A DNA stretch of 63,449 nt, counting the filler, from Folioceros fuciformis (Eukaryota), in NCBI GenBank assembly GCA_049999805.1. It is 16 parts of 16 records of this genome, joined end to end, with 100 filler letters (N's around TTAATTAATTAA, not from the genome) between each part and the next. Parts side by side here need not be neighbours in the genome. Positions count along the whole stretch, not along the records: positions 1 to 7,357 come from JBNGIO010003646.1; positions 7,458 to 10,041 come from JBNGIO010003647.1; positions 10,142 to 12,377 come from JBNGIO010003648.1; 13 more parts are not named here. The stretch is one strand, 5' to 3'. Shown piece by piece: positions 1 through 12,477 of this stretch (its first letter is position 1; the number at the start of each line of letters is the position of its first letter). Below the pieces are notes generated by a model, which saw only the letters and a list, made by a program, of their open reading frames with translations, was not told the DNA's origin and ran no database searches. The translations under genes and the position numbers were made by a program.

Positions 1-1359
1 GGGCGGGGGGCCAGGTCAGGACGGAACGGGGGGACGAGGCCCCAAACGGTGGCGGCCCCGTAACCCGTAACCCGTGCCCCGTGCTGGGGACATGGGGCAA
101 TGCCGATTTACCGACCGTATGCCGCATGATGAAGGGCCGAGGCGGCTAAGGAGGGCGTTGGGCGTTGTGTTTCAAGAACGGGGGCGCGGTAAATCGGCGC
201 AGTAAAACCCGCATCATTGTAGAAATCTTGGTCGACGCTCCAGCCTGCGCTGTTACGCGTAATGTATAATAGCACAACAAGTAGGAGCGGAGGCGGAGGT
301 GGCGCGGGCCGGGCTGCCCAGGGCTGTTAAAACCGCACACGCACACTTGAGGTTATGGGGGCATGGGCTGCCATGGGGTNNNNNNNNNNNNNNNNNNNNN
401 NNNNNNNNNNNNNNNNNNNNNNNNNNNNNNNNNNNNNNNNNNNNNNNNNNNNNNNNNNNNNNNNNNNNNNNNNNNNNNNGCCTACGCCTCATGTCCCCTG
501 GCCAGCCCCGGCTCCCTCCATACGCGTATCTAGATACGATCCTAAGCGCCGCGGGCCCCATCATTATGGCTCCACTAATTACATAATTAGGCCTTCCCCA
601 TTCACCCACACGTTTACCAACCGTATTTCACACGCCCGCTTTTACTACATACACGCAGCTACAGATCGGTCGAGTACGTGCCATATCGGCCCACACCCTG
701 GAGTTAAACTCGCTCGCCGCAGCCGCAATACCTTAACCGTGGTTGCCTCCTCCCCGTCCTGTCCCGCCTATGATGCCCTGGATGTACCAGACGTGTGTGG
801 CGTTGGCCTCGCTCTTTGTCGTTTCGCGATTCCAACAGAAGGCCCCGGCCCGCTGCTGGTTCGTTGCACCTCTGCCTCCTCCCTCTCATCACTGCCGCGC
901 GAGGGGGATCCCGGAGGGCCCCCGAGGATGCCCATGGCTATGGCTGCCTGCATGCCGCTTCCTGCTCGCCGCGTCGCCAACATGAGTCTCACAGGCCAGC
1001 GGAAGAGCGATGCGTCTCATTACGCCTACCGCCTCCTAGAACTACTAATTGGATGGCCACTGCCAACCGTTGTCCAATGGAACATTCAAGTACGCCATAC
1101 AGGCCACACACACTCACAGCAGACAGCAATCAGACAAACTCCGCCGCTGCTCTGCTCTGGCCTGGCCTGACCTTCCCTGCTCTGGCCTGCCCCGCGCAAC
1201 CCCTCCTGCCAGACACCCTACTGCCCCCGGTTGACTACCCGCTCAAGGGCTCCACCCTCCACCCTTACACCTGCCCCCATACATACACACATGGAACCCC
1301 ACATACGCCAAGCCTACATACGGTCTGAGATGCTCGTCGGGGAAGGAGTGTCGTTAGTG

Positions 1360-4300
1360 TCACAACGTTCTACACTCCGTAAAGAAGTCATGTTGTAGGG
1401 CTGTATGGGCGTCCACCCTATTGTCTGGGTTTATCTGAAGGCACTGCTCTAGGAGGTGGAAGACGCTGGGAGGCCACAACCGCTTCACCTTGTCTGGTTT
1501 CTTCGATAACCGCATGCACAGGGATTGCAGGGACAGTCCTTTGTATTTCACCTCGGCAATTCCCTGCGTCACAAACACGATGCCATCAGTTGCGGTGCTC
1601 GAGAGAAGCACTCATGAGCAGACGGGGCCGGCGGGATATCGATACCACATGCGTTCAGTTCGTCCCCCACGCTTACCTCGGAGATGGGCCTGCCGTGATC
1701 GCGGGCCAGGCTAACAACCTCGTGCACGCCTCGGAGCTTGGCTATGTCACGCACAGCCCTGCAAAATCCCAACCAAAGATCAGGGTCCGGGCGGGCGGGT
1801 GTCTAGTGTCACGGGGAACAGGCGGGTGAGGGGTAAGGTGAAATCGACATACTGCTCGCTGCTGCTGGACGGGAAGATGTTCCGGCCCACAATCAGGTTC
1901 ATCAGAGTTACGCCTGCTGACCACATGTCCACCTTGGTCGACTGATAGTTTGATCTCAACAGCACCTGAACATATCCAAACGGAGACAGCATGGATACAG
2001 GACGGAACAGGACAGGACGGAGGACTGGCACAGCTGGCAAGGATTTACTAAAGGGTGAAAGCATCAAGGGGAAGAAGGGCAGACCAACCTCTGGAGCGCG
2101 GTAACCCTTGGTGCCAGCGAACGGCCCGGCCTTGGTTGCCTGGCGAGCCTCGGTCCTCCGTTTCCTGGTTTGCTTCGACGGCGGGAATTTCACTTCCGAG
2201 TTGGGGTGGCGGTTTTCAGGAGACGCAGCCTGAGAGTTTGAGCACCCTGCCTGCTGCTCTGTCGCGCTTGTGCCAGCTTGCTCTTGAGCTGCATCGGGAG
2301 CCGGCACTCCGCTCTCCAAGCCGCACCCCCTGTCGTCTAAGGCTACGTCGCACTCCGGCGTCAGTCTCAGTATCTTGCAGGGAGGTTCGTCGAAGTTGCG
2401 CCTTGGTGCTTTGTCTTGGGAAAATGAAATCGGTAACATACTAGGTTTCTTATTGGCGCCCGCCTTGCTCAAGAGGCGTAAAGGTTTCCCTGCATCAACG
2501 TCCACACATGAGTATGCCGAGCCAGTTTTTGCCATTCGCAGGAACCATGTACATACGATGCCACCACTACTCACTCCGCATGCTCATCTTGCAGTAGTCC
2601 TGCACACACAACATGCCGCTTTTCAACTGTCTGCACATACGTCTGGAATGGGATGGGCAATCACTGTTCTATGCTTGGAGGGTGAAATCACATACTAGGC
2701 GGAATACACAAAGCTGGAGGTGCAAACGTTTCTTGTACCAACGCCAGGTTGAAATCGATGAGACAGCCCACACCAGATTCCCTTGAGAAGAGAAAATTTG
2801 CTGGTTTTATATCCCGATGCATAACATTCTGCCAGATCACAAGATTAATAGACCCCCTCTAATGCACTCCACTGTGAACATGGAGGCAAGTGACCATGAC
2901 CATGACGTGTACCTTTTCATGTAAACACTTGATGGCATTGAAAAGGCAGAACGCGTAAGACCTTAGCTGCGGCACTGTGATCTCCTTCTTCAGGACCTGG
3001 CAACCAAGAAGCAGGACAATCAGATGGTCTCATAGATAATATAACAAACGGAAGCCCTGGAACCCAAAATCCTGGGGTCTGGAACTACCTCGGGCTTGTC
3101 GTGAGGAAAGTATTCCATCACGATGTTGGCTTTTCGTCGTTCATCATCAAGGACAACACTCTCACATTGCACGATGTACTTCTGGCCTCTATATCCCAAG
3201 CCAGAATAGGAGGCAAAAAATAAGACAAGACAACTTCAACCAAAGATGGGCCATACAACAAATCTCACAAAAATGATAAACGGCGCAGGAGTAGAGACAT
3301 ACTTAAACTTTTGAAGCATATCGATTTCGTTCTTCACATAGCAGTCCACAGTTTTCTCCAGGGGACCTAAGGCAACCAAGGGCGTGACGTTAAATGCGCA
3401 GCACACACACCAGTACCTTCACTCGTGCTTGCGGAAAACACAGAGTATCATTTTGTGGCACATATATAATGCTTAACTACTTACTACTCATAAGCATGCC
3501 TGCAATTCTGAGCACGCCAGTTCAATGACTAGGACACAGGCACCTGCAGAAGCAGTTTTACATCAACTAACCTAACTCATGAAGGCACAGAAGTTCTTGC
3601 ATGCAGCAGCCCTATTAATGCAAACTGTTCCCAACTCTCTAGGCACACATCCAAAGGACGAAGAGGGCTGGAATAGGATTTAAAATTCCTTTACACAACG
3701 GCACCTACATTTGATAGCAAAAATCTTGCCATCAGTCTTGCGCGTAGCTTTGTAAACTGTTCCGTAGCCACCTTTTAAGTGCAAGAAACAAGAAAAAAAA
3801 TCAAATCAGAATGTTAGCAACGTGCGAAAGCTTGACTACATGAACTCGACGGGAAAAGACTTTAGCTGACATGCTAATTTGTTTTACAGATGAAACAAAT
3901 CAGTGTCTGTTAGGCGGTGCGAGGGACAACCGAGCATTTAGAGTACAAACCCTAATCCAGGGACAAAGCTAGTACCAGTGCTTCCTTCGCTCTCCACCAC
4001 GTATTTCGCAAAGATGGGAAATGGACCCACGGCCGATATATGGCTCTCGTCGGTTGCTGCTTTGATCTGCATATATTTTGGATTTGCAGCACTTCAGCCA
4101 ACAGAATGTCTATCTCAGGTCCAGGCAGGCAAATTGTGAATTTTCAATGCGATTCGTTGCGCAGTACCTCGCTTGGAGTAGACACCGGACAGACTGTGGC
4201 TGTTATTGAAGGTTGGAAAGGTTCAGTCGATCCTGATACACAAACGTTTCCACACTCAGAATCAGATACCTCAAATAAACTTTCCCAACTTACATCCACA

Positions 4301-4687
4301 TGCACAAGTGAAAGGTAACGCACTGGGCAAGTCTGTCGTCTTTCTGCTGTTGGCCACATTTTCCTTATTGGCAACCAGCAAACTTCTCTTCGAGAGCAGC
4401 GAGGGGGCCATTGGTTTGGAGGTTGGACAGCATAAATCGCATCTGGATTTCACTTGTTCTTTCACCAGTTCCACTTTTCCCTCGGCAGTAATCCGAATCG
4501 GTGCGCCCGGTGAGGCGCAAAGTTTTGTCATGTCATCCGCAGTAGCATCCCCACTGCACAGCTTCGCCAGCTCCCAAGGCGACGCAGGATGGCCAAGGAA
4601 CAGAATCAGTCCAACCACATTCCAAGTTTGCCTCATGTCCGCTCTGTCCGCTCCTGCCCGTGCTTGTTCAGACCCTACACTTCCCAT
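1360..4687 (-). CDS. CDC7: Cell division cycle 7 (CDC7)-like Ser/Thr kinase, multi-exon
   Basis: Manually spliced GT-AG exons give GGYGTVYKA..FAIKCP (3709-3771), NEIDML, MEYFPHD, HRDIKPANFL..IDFNLA (~2735-2828), a long kinase insert, AGTKGYRAPEV, KVDMWSAGV and CLQINPDNR. The N-terminus WNVVGLILFLGHPASPWELA resembles plant CDC7. Some exon borders are approximate. Confidence 0.9.
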
Positions 4688-5908
4688 GGCGTCTCCTTTC
4701 CTCACCTCAACGGGAATTTCACCTGTTTCCGTTACTTGACACATCCAAACCGTCCAATATTTCCCGCAGTTCCACCACGAACACCAATTGAAATTGCGCT
4801 TTCTTCGCCCTCATGAGGTCTTGGCGCTGGCAACCACCGTCACCCCAAATGCTCTGACTGCGTTCCTGACATTGTACACCACAGTATCGGTAGCATTGGA
4901 TTCCAGCCTTCAGAAACAGGCGATGAACATACCGCCGGAAATGTTTGCGAAGAGACGGGACATGCGAAAATGCAACTTGTGGCGCGCGGGAAGCACGCCG
5001 AGCGGGAAAGTGCACCATCAACCTGAGTGGAGCGATGGCGCGTTTGAATTCAAATGTGCGAAGGCAAAGCATTTCAGGATTTAGGGTAACAAACATTCAT
5101 GGGAGAAAGGCAAGTTTTATCTACAAACAAAAAGAATGATGGACAGGGTATCCACCCAAGTGGTGATCGTCCGTGGTGACCCAGGTGGCCGTCTGCACTC
5201 CGTCAGACCCACATCGTCCGGCGCTAACAGGCCTCCCTGCACACCAAGATGGGCGTCGCTTAAATCTGGCACCTACAGCGTTGCTGCGTTGCGTGTAACC
5301 ACGGAGGCCGAGATCAGGCTCTCTGGTCTCGTGGGAGGAATCATGAAAGGAGGAACTCTTCTCACCTCATCAGAACTGCTCATTTCTACAGTTCTCCCAG
5401 GATACAAGATACGTCGGAAACATACGGGACAGAGAAGGGGAAAAGGGTCACAGGGCCACATAAATTGGAGGGAGGAGCTACTACGTGATTCGAAAGGGTA
5501 GTAGGCTCAGCTCAATACACTGTTGTACAAGGCTACAAGAAAGCCCTTTCCTCAACTTCAAAAGATTGGATCCGTCTTCCCTCTCTTCAACGCCGCCAAG
5601 AGGGATATTTCAAACAGACTTTGCTATCAAGTAAGAATAAAGAGAGGCTTTGATCTAGCGGGGTCACAACTTCATAGCTTGGGAGTTCAAGTCTTCCGGG
5701 TACAGATCCATGGGGAAGGTGAGGCAGCTTTTGCTTGGCCAATGCTCCCCATGACTACATACATCTCGCAATCCCTGGCTCCGACGTTGAGCAGTGTACA
5801 GGAGCAAAGCCAGGACGTACTGGTGGAAAGGAAGGGGCTCCAGAGGAGCACCTGGCTCCTTGGTCTAGATAGGTGCGCTCAAGTCGGCTCATTTTACAAC
5901 AAACTGTG

Positions 5909-7357
5909 TCATCCCTCCAAACCATCTTCGCCGTCGCTCTCCACGGACACCAGCTTTTTTGCATCGGTGGCGATATTAGAAGGCACAGACTCTATCCTCA
6001 AACCCTGAATGAGCCGAGGAGGAGGTACGGGCAAGGGAATACGAGCCCCACCTTCCAGCATGAGTACCACCACCGGCATGGACGGCCTCATCTCCGCTTC
6101 ATCCTGAAGACACCAGAAGGCAGTTCGAACAACTCTGACCAACTGATCCTGGTCAAAAAGCGCACCCAAGTGCTCATCCGCCAAAGCTCCAAAGTTGGAT
6201 AACTCCAACTGCTGGTATGCCCATGCCGGAAAATTCCACTGCTCCCCTTCCACAGACGGATCAAAGCTCCTCCGCCCACTCACAATCTCCAGCAAAACAA
6301 GCCCGAAGCTGTACACATCCACCTTCAAAGTAATGGGCAAGCCGGCAGCCCACTCAGGCGCCAAGTAAGGATGCCTGCCCTGCATGTACGAGACGATCCG
6401 CTCCCTGTCGTTCCCCAGAATGAGCTGAATCAGCCCGAAGTCAGTGACCCGAGCCTTAAACTGCCCATCCAAAACGATACTCTCAGGGCGAATGTCACCA
6501 TGAATGATGCTGGGGCGACACTGGTCGTGCAGGTAAGCAATCCCATTCGCAGCCCCCATAGCGATATCAAACCGAGTGGACCAGTCCATGAGGTTATACG
6601 ATGACTTCCGTTGAAACAGAAACTTGGCAATAGAGCCATTCTCCACGAAATTGTAGACCAGCAACCTTCTCCTCCCCTCGATACAGAACCCCACCAGCCT
6701 CACCAGATTCACATGATTCACATGTCCCAGCTCCTCCACCCTCCCCCGAAACTGTTGCTCCTCATCCCCATGAAACACAGTACTCTCGAACAACACAGTA
6801 TCCGGAGGCAAGTTTACGGATGCATTCCTGGACAAAACCCCGCTCATCCCCAACTCCTGACTATACCGCAGCTCCCCGGAATGGGGAGCTCTCCTGCTGG
6901 ACGGCTTCTGGCTCTGCACCGAATACCTGATATCCTCAGGAGCCACACCGCCAAAGAAGGACCCGAAAGGCCCGCTCCTAGCAGCGGAGTTGTTCCCCAT
7001 GGTCCTCGAAAACTCCTTGGAGTCGTCGGAATCCCCATCCGCCCTGGGATTGCCCCCCACGTATCTCGCCGCGGGGGCCGACTCGAGCCCGGGAGTGGCA
7101 AACCCGAAGCTGACACTGATCTGCCTGGCCACCCCAAGTCCTAACCCCAGCGACCTCGACTTCCTGGCCTTGCCGCTGGAACCCCTGGACCCCAGAGCTG
7201 CAAGATACGCCGCGTCCTGGCTGGAGCTCCGCACAATCTCCCTGGGCAGCAGCACCTTCTCGTCATCCGAGCGCTTCAAAGCCAGAATGGCCGAGGCGTC
7301 CGAAGACGCCTGAGCCCTGGGCACAGGCCCGCTCCCCGTCTCCACAGAGTTCCTAGG
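5909..7357 (-). CDS. SD-2/G-type lectin-like receptor-like kinase cytoplasmic region, probable pseudokinase, 5' truncated by scaffold edge
   Basis: Intronless ORF with HVNLVRLVGFCIEG, WSTRFDIA..ANGIAYLH, IIHGDIRPES, DFGL, YLAPEW, KVDVYSFG and WCLQD..RPSM. Confidence 0.85.
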   Translation of the reverse strand, partial: PRNSVETGSGPVPRAQASSDASAILALKRSDDEKVLLPREIVRSSSQDAAYLAALGSRGSSGKARKSRSLGLGLGVARQISVSFGFATPGLESAPAARYVGGNPRADGDSDDSKEFSRTMGNNSAARSGPFGSFFGGVAPEDIRYSVQSQKPSSRRAPHSGELRYSQELGMSGVLSRNASVNLPPDTVLFESTVFHGDEEQQFRGRVEELGHVNHVNLVRLVGFCIEGRRRLLVYNFVENGSIAKFLFQRKSSYNLMDWSTRFDIAMGAANGIAYLHDQCRPSIIHGDIRPESIVLDGQFKARVTDFGLIQLILGNDRERIVSYMQGRHPYLAPEWAAGLPITLKVDVYSFGLVLLEIVSGRRSFDPSVEGEQWNFPAWAYQQLELSNFGALADEHLGALFDQDQLVRVVRTAFWCLQDEAEMRPSMPVVVLMLEGGARIPLPVPPPRLIQGLRIESVPSNIATDAKKLVSVESDGEDGLEG

Positions 7358-7457
7358 NNNNNNNNNNNNNNNNNNNNNNNNNNNNNNNNNNNNNNNNNNN
7401 NTTAATTAATTAANNNNNNNNNNNNNNNNNNNNNNNNNNNNNNNNNNNNNNNNNNNN
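7358..7457. other. Artificial scaffold-joining linker (N44-TTAATTAATTAA-N44), first of 15
   Basis: Identical 100-bp linkers also start at 10042, 12378, 15809, 20525, 26721, 28919, 34475, 38368, 40435, 45004, 47434, 49737, 58237 and 61024. The core has stop codons in all six frames. Confidence 0.98.
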
Positions 7458-7839
7458 AGGCTTCCTTCGAAACGAATAGAATTCTTCGTGTACTTCTTCG
7501 AAGTGGGAAGACCGGAGCTCCGATAGCACAACCGATGCAACCGGCCCGGTCCTAAGAGGTATCTGTACCCGACGCAAATAGGCACAACAAGGTGCTCTCA
7601 AGACTGCACATATGTAGGTTTTTTCTCCGGAAGCACCTGATAACAACAGGTAAAGGAGAGACTGCCGGGTTGAATACAAGACCGTCTCTGTGAAAAAAAT
7701 GCTGACACAAAAAATCAATCGCCAACAAAACCCGCGCGAAGTGCAAATTTGTGAGCTTCGCCGACTCGACCCCAGCTAAGTAAGGGGGTCCAGGATAAGG
7801 CTGGACCTGGGGAAAGAGAAAAAAATGTGATGGAGCCCG

Positions 7840-9470
7840 TCATGGTTGCCTCCGTTTGGTTAGAAGCGATAAGGCCTTGTCCAGCACGGAGACGTAATAG
7901 TCCAGACTGAAGGGCGTGCTACTTCTCACGGGTTCGGGGGCCTGGATGTTGGCCTTCCTCCCGCCCCCGGCTTCCTTGTCCTTGTCCTTGTCGGAGGCAA
8001 CAGAGGTGAGCTCCGGGGCCGGGGACGGCGCAGATGGCTGCTGTTGTTTCTGCTGCTGCTGCGTTGAACGGGCCTTGGTCCAGGCTATCACCTTGTCCAG
8101 GACATCCACGCACTGCGCCACCACATCGGCCTCGGAGTTGTCGATGCCATTGGTGCTGGCGTTGGAGTGCCAACTCCCCAGACTGGTCTTGCGCTCTCCA
8201 CTAGACTCTAGACTGGGGAAGAATTCGTAGGACTCGGCGTGCTGCAGCAGGGTGGGTAGTGGCGTAGGGGACGGGCCNNNNNNNNNNNNNNNNNNNNNNN
8301 NNNNNNNNNNNNNNNNNNNNNNNNNNNNNNNNNNNNNNNNNNNNNNNNNNNNNNNNNNNNNNNNNNNNNNNNNNNNNTGGCGTGGTCGGTCACGAAGGAC
8401 TCCGATTCCAGCTCCGAGGCCGAGAGCGTGGTGATCCCGACCGCCACCGAAGGCCCTACCAGGCTCGGCGGCCGCAGAAGGCGCGGGCTGGCTAGCTCCC
8501 GGGAGTTGGACCTGGAGTAGTCTTTACGGCTGCTGGTAGTGGAGAGCTCCTTCATGAGCGGGGCCAGCACCTCCTGTCCGTCCTCGGAATCCTCACGCCG
8601 TCCGGAAGTCGCCATTGCGGCCGCAGCCTCGTCGTCCTGGGGAGCTGCAGGGCCGGCGGCCGCGGGGTCGGCGGAGGAGGGATCCAAATCCTCCGGCCGC
8701 CCGATGGCGAGAGCCCTGGCCCGGCGTATGGCCTCGGCAGTTTCGTGCTCCATGCGGCGCACGTCATCCATGGTGAGCCCGAACCACTCATCCAGCCAGC
8801 AGAAACACTTCCTGTGACCCTCCAGGAAGATCTTGCGCTGAGCCGTCTTGCCTATGAATTTCTCTAGGCGGGAGCCGAATCCCCAGTACGGCACGTCCAC
8901 CGTCACCAGCTTGTAGGCGCACATGACGGGTTCGCACTTGAGCTGCCAGCCCTGACCCAGAGGCCCCCGCCCCGTCTTCGAGCTGCGGAACTTGCTGGGG
9001 TCTTCCTCCTCCACGTAGTTGTCCACCGGATCCATGGAGATGTCGATGAAGTCCACGATGCGCTTCTTGAGCGTCTTCGCGTCCAGATCCAGGGCGTTGT
9101 TGGTAGTGCCGCGGTCTGCGATGTGGCGGGTCTCCAGCACCAGCCGGAAGTTGGAGAAGAAGGGGCACTTGAGCACCGTCATGCAGTAGGGGTAGGCGTT
9201 CCACGCCTCCTCCTCCAGCACGAGAGCCTTCTTGGGGAAGAGCCCCACCAGCCAGCTCGGGAGCTTGCTCGCCAGGTGGTAGAGTTTGTGCGTGTACTGG
9301 CCCTTGCGGTCCTCCTCCTCGAACGGCTCATTCTTGAGTAGCTCCACCCCGTCCCCGTCGCTTCCGTTGGACTCGCTGGCGCTGTACTTGGCCACCATGT
9401 ACAGCTGCGCGATCTTGTACTCCTCCAGGGTAAAGGGCAACACCACCCGATACTCCCAAATGCACACCAT
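7840..9470 (-). CDS. Phosphatidylinositol transfer protein (START-like PITP/RdgB family) with long C-terminal extension; spans the N gap at 8278-8377
   Basis: MVCIWEYRVVLPFTLEEYKIAQLY, GQYTHKLYHL, EEAWNAYPYC, DPSKFRSSKTGRGPL, MCAYKLV and HRKCFCWLDEWFGLTMDDVR. Below the gap one open frame runs from 8277 to the stop at 7840. Confidence 0.9.
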
Positions 9471-10141
9471 GGCGGCCTGATATGTTTGTCCTTGTCCTCC
9501 TCCTTCCCCTACCTGTTGCAATGCTACACTACTACACCACTCTCGTGACTGATGCCAATTCCTCTCCCCGAATCATCAACACACCATGCCGGATCTGATC
9601 CGATCCACCTCGAGGCAACCTCCGACAGAGAGACCAGCTGCACCACCCACCCTGAGGACAGACCAGTCCGATCCGTCCCATGCAAGAGCATTCCCGCCCA
9701 ATTTAGAAGCGTCAGGCTACAAATGTTCCCGGACGGATCCTCTCGCGAGCCCTGCCTTCTCGCCTTCCGCAACAGGCAAAAAAGGTCAGTGCGATTGCCT
9801 CCGGGATCCTGCTTCCCAGTACCGCACCACCGGGCGCTGAAGGGCTCCGGCTCATGCGCGCTCACGCAAAGGCAGCAAGCTGCCTCCGCCCACAGCTCTA
9901 CACCTCTTACGCCGGCCTTTACTATTGGAGGCGATAGTGGAGCCTGATAAGCTGGCTGCCCATTGCCTGCGGGAGGGGATGGAAAGACCATGCCAAAACG
10001 AGGCCGGTGCCGGTGCTGGTGCCGTTGTGTCCGTGCCTGTGNNNNNNNNNNNNNNNNNNNNNNNNNNNNNNNNNNNNNNNNNNNNTTAATTAATTAANNN
10101 NNNNNNNNNNNNNNNNNNNNNNNNNNNNNNNNNNNNNNNNN

Positions 10142-11593
10142 GGCCTGGCCTGGCCTGGCCTGGCCTGGCCTGGCCTGGCCTGGCCTGGACTGGCCTGACT
10201 GGAATCACCGAGTCGTTCGCGGAGTTGCTTTGGCTTTGCTTTGCTTTTGCCATGCATGCATGCATGCAACACAGCATGCAGCCATGCAGCACAGCAGAGC
10301 AGAGCATGCAGGGTGCTCGGCTCCGGTCGGCTCGGCTCGGCTCGGCCCGGGCCAATCCTGGCCTCGGCCTCGGCCTCGGCCTCTGCCTCTGCCNNNNNNN
10401 NNNNNNNNNNNNNNNNNNNNNNNNNNNNNNNNNNNNNNNNNNNNNNNNNNNNNNNNNNNNNNNNNNNNNNNNNNNNNNNNNNNNNNNNNNNNNTGTAATG
10501 TACTGTACATATGGCATGTACTGTAGCGCGTGACAGCGCCGTACGTGTCGCGTGATGATGGCAAAGCCTGCTGAGGATCCCTAGATCTGCAGCACCCTAA
10601 GGGGATCCATGGGCCATGCGCTGTGATAATCGTCATGAGCGCAATCATGCAGCTGGAAGGCCAGGCCACGCAGCCCAGCATGGAGGGAGAGGGAGGAAGA
10701 GAGATAGAGAGAGAGAGGGAGAGAGGAAGAGAGGGAAAGAGGGCAAGAGGGAAAGGGGGCAAGAGGGAAAGAGGGCAAGAGGGAAAGAGGGCAAGAGGGC
10801 AAGAGGGCAAGAGGGAAAGAGGGCAAGAGGGAAAGAGGGCAAGAGGGAAAGAGTGAAAGAGAGAAAGAGGGAGGTACTGAGGGAGGGAGGACGATGGTTC
10901 CATGACCATCATGCCTTATTCTCTCATGGCCGGGCTGGCCATTAATGGGAGCCCGCACTCCCGTACCACCAGTATACCAGCGCCGGGCACCTGGCTTCTG
11001 GGACCTCGGACTGGGACTCGGACTCCTGCTCTATTCTTTTCGACATGCATACTCTATGTGCAAATGTACATTACTCTATGTTTGGTCCTAGCGCTAGGAC
11101 AGTAGTACTTGGTGGTGTGTATCTCCTGGACAGTCCAGGCCGGGTCCAGTCCAATCCAGGCCGGGTCCAGCCCAATCCAGGCTGGGTCCAGTCCAATCCA
11201 GGCCGGGCCAGGCCAGTCCGGTCCAGGGGGGTTTTCATTACGGAACGTTCCACGGGGGAAATGGAAAGGGAAAGGAAAAGCAAAAGGCGTAGAAGCCACG
11301 CCCGCAACGGACCTCAGGCTGGGCACCCACAAAGCTACAGGAGAGAAGAGCAGAGAAGAGCAGAGCAGAACAGAACAGAACAGAGCAGAACAGAGCAGTG
11401 CAGAGCCCGACACCCTAGAAAGCTTTCGCTACGTCGACATGAAAAATCCTTTCTGCAATGGCCCGACCGCCGCCCCGGCCCGACGTCGCTGCTGCGCCCA
11501 CGTTGCGTCTTGTATGGAGCGGCGTGCGCGTTCTGGGCTGAGCTGAGCCTGATGAATCTGAGCCTGAGCCTGATGAATCTGAGCCTGATGAAT

Positions 11594-11628
<35 letters not shown>

Positions 11629-12336
11629 CCCGAGCCCGAGCCCGAGCCTGAGCCCGAGCCCGAGCCGGAGCCGGAGCCGGAGCCTGACGTGATAAAAAGG
11701 AAAAAGGCCCGAGGTCCGGCCCAGCCAGACCCCGGTCCAGGGCCAGGGCCAGGGCCACGCCCCCACCACTCTTTTTCCTTTTTTTTTCCCAATACAATAT
11801 TGCATTCACACAGGCTATTAAACTAATGGAGGAGTCACCCCATTAAACTAATGGAGTCTTAGCGCCACACGCAAATGGCAGCTGACAAAAAGCGGGGGCA
11901 GATAGGCCAGGCCAGGCCAGGCCAGACCGGGCCAGTCAGGCGCTCTGTTGTGCTGTGGAGTAGACTAAAGTAGAGTGTGATATATGACATAATAAAAACA
12001 ATCGACGGGATCCAGGCACAGACCAGAGCCTGGACCATAGGGCCTCTTGTTGTTGCCCTTTTCAGACGCTCTGCTCTGTAAATGGAAGGAAAAGCAGCGA
12101 GAGCGCAAGCCTGAGAGCCTCATGACTCATACGTCTCGTAACACCACACCACTGACATAAACTATGTACATCAAACATGTAGGCTCCATGTACGGCACTA
12201 TGACATCATGTGCCGAACGCATCGAAGGGACAAGAGGGGCAGTCAGTGATGCAGAAGCTTCATCATCACGCTGACACGCCTCGCCCAGCCCCGGCTCGGC
12301 TCGCCCCGGCTCGGGGAATGGCACCTGCACCTCCTC

Positions 12337-12377
<41 letters not shown>
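10142..12377. repeat. Microsatellite-dense scaffold
   Basis: (GGCCT)n at 10142-10190, (CTCGG)n, polypurine (GAGGGCAA/GAGGGAAA)n at ~10685-10890, 21-bp repeat at 11135-11210, (CAGAA/G)n, (GAGCCY)n at ~11545-11685 and (GCT)n at 12342-12377. Confidence 0.9.
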
Positions 12378-12477
12378 NNNNNNNNNNNNNNNNNNNNNNN
12401 NNNNNNNNNNNNNNNNNNNNNTTAATTAATTAANNNNNNNNNNNNNNNNNNNNNNNNNNNNNNNNNNNNNNNNNNNN

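Noticed and set aside
743-985. Possible cytochrome P450 N-terminus (hydrophobic stretch plus IPEGPRGCPW)
   Set aside because: No downstream P450 motifs, and the similarity is too short to call.
3760-3990. CDC7 Gly-loop reads EGSTGGYG rather than EGSGGYG
   Set aside because: Minor variation that depends on my splice call; all catalytic motifs are intact.
7402-7413. Recurrent TTAATTAATTAA as a biological motif
   Set aside because: Always centred in N44 padding; it is an assembly linker.
10581-11809. Low-complexity ORFs (RLRLRL, GSGSGS, QAQAQA)
   Set aside because: Translations of microsatellites.
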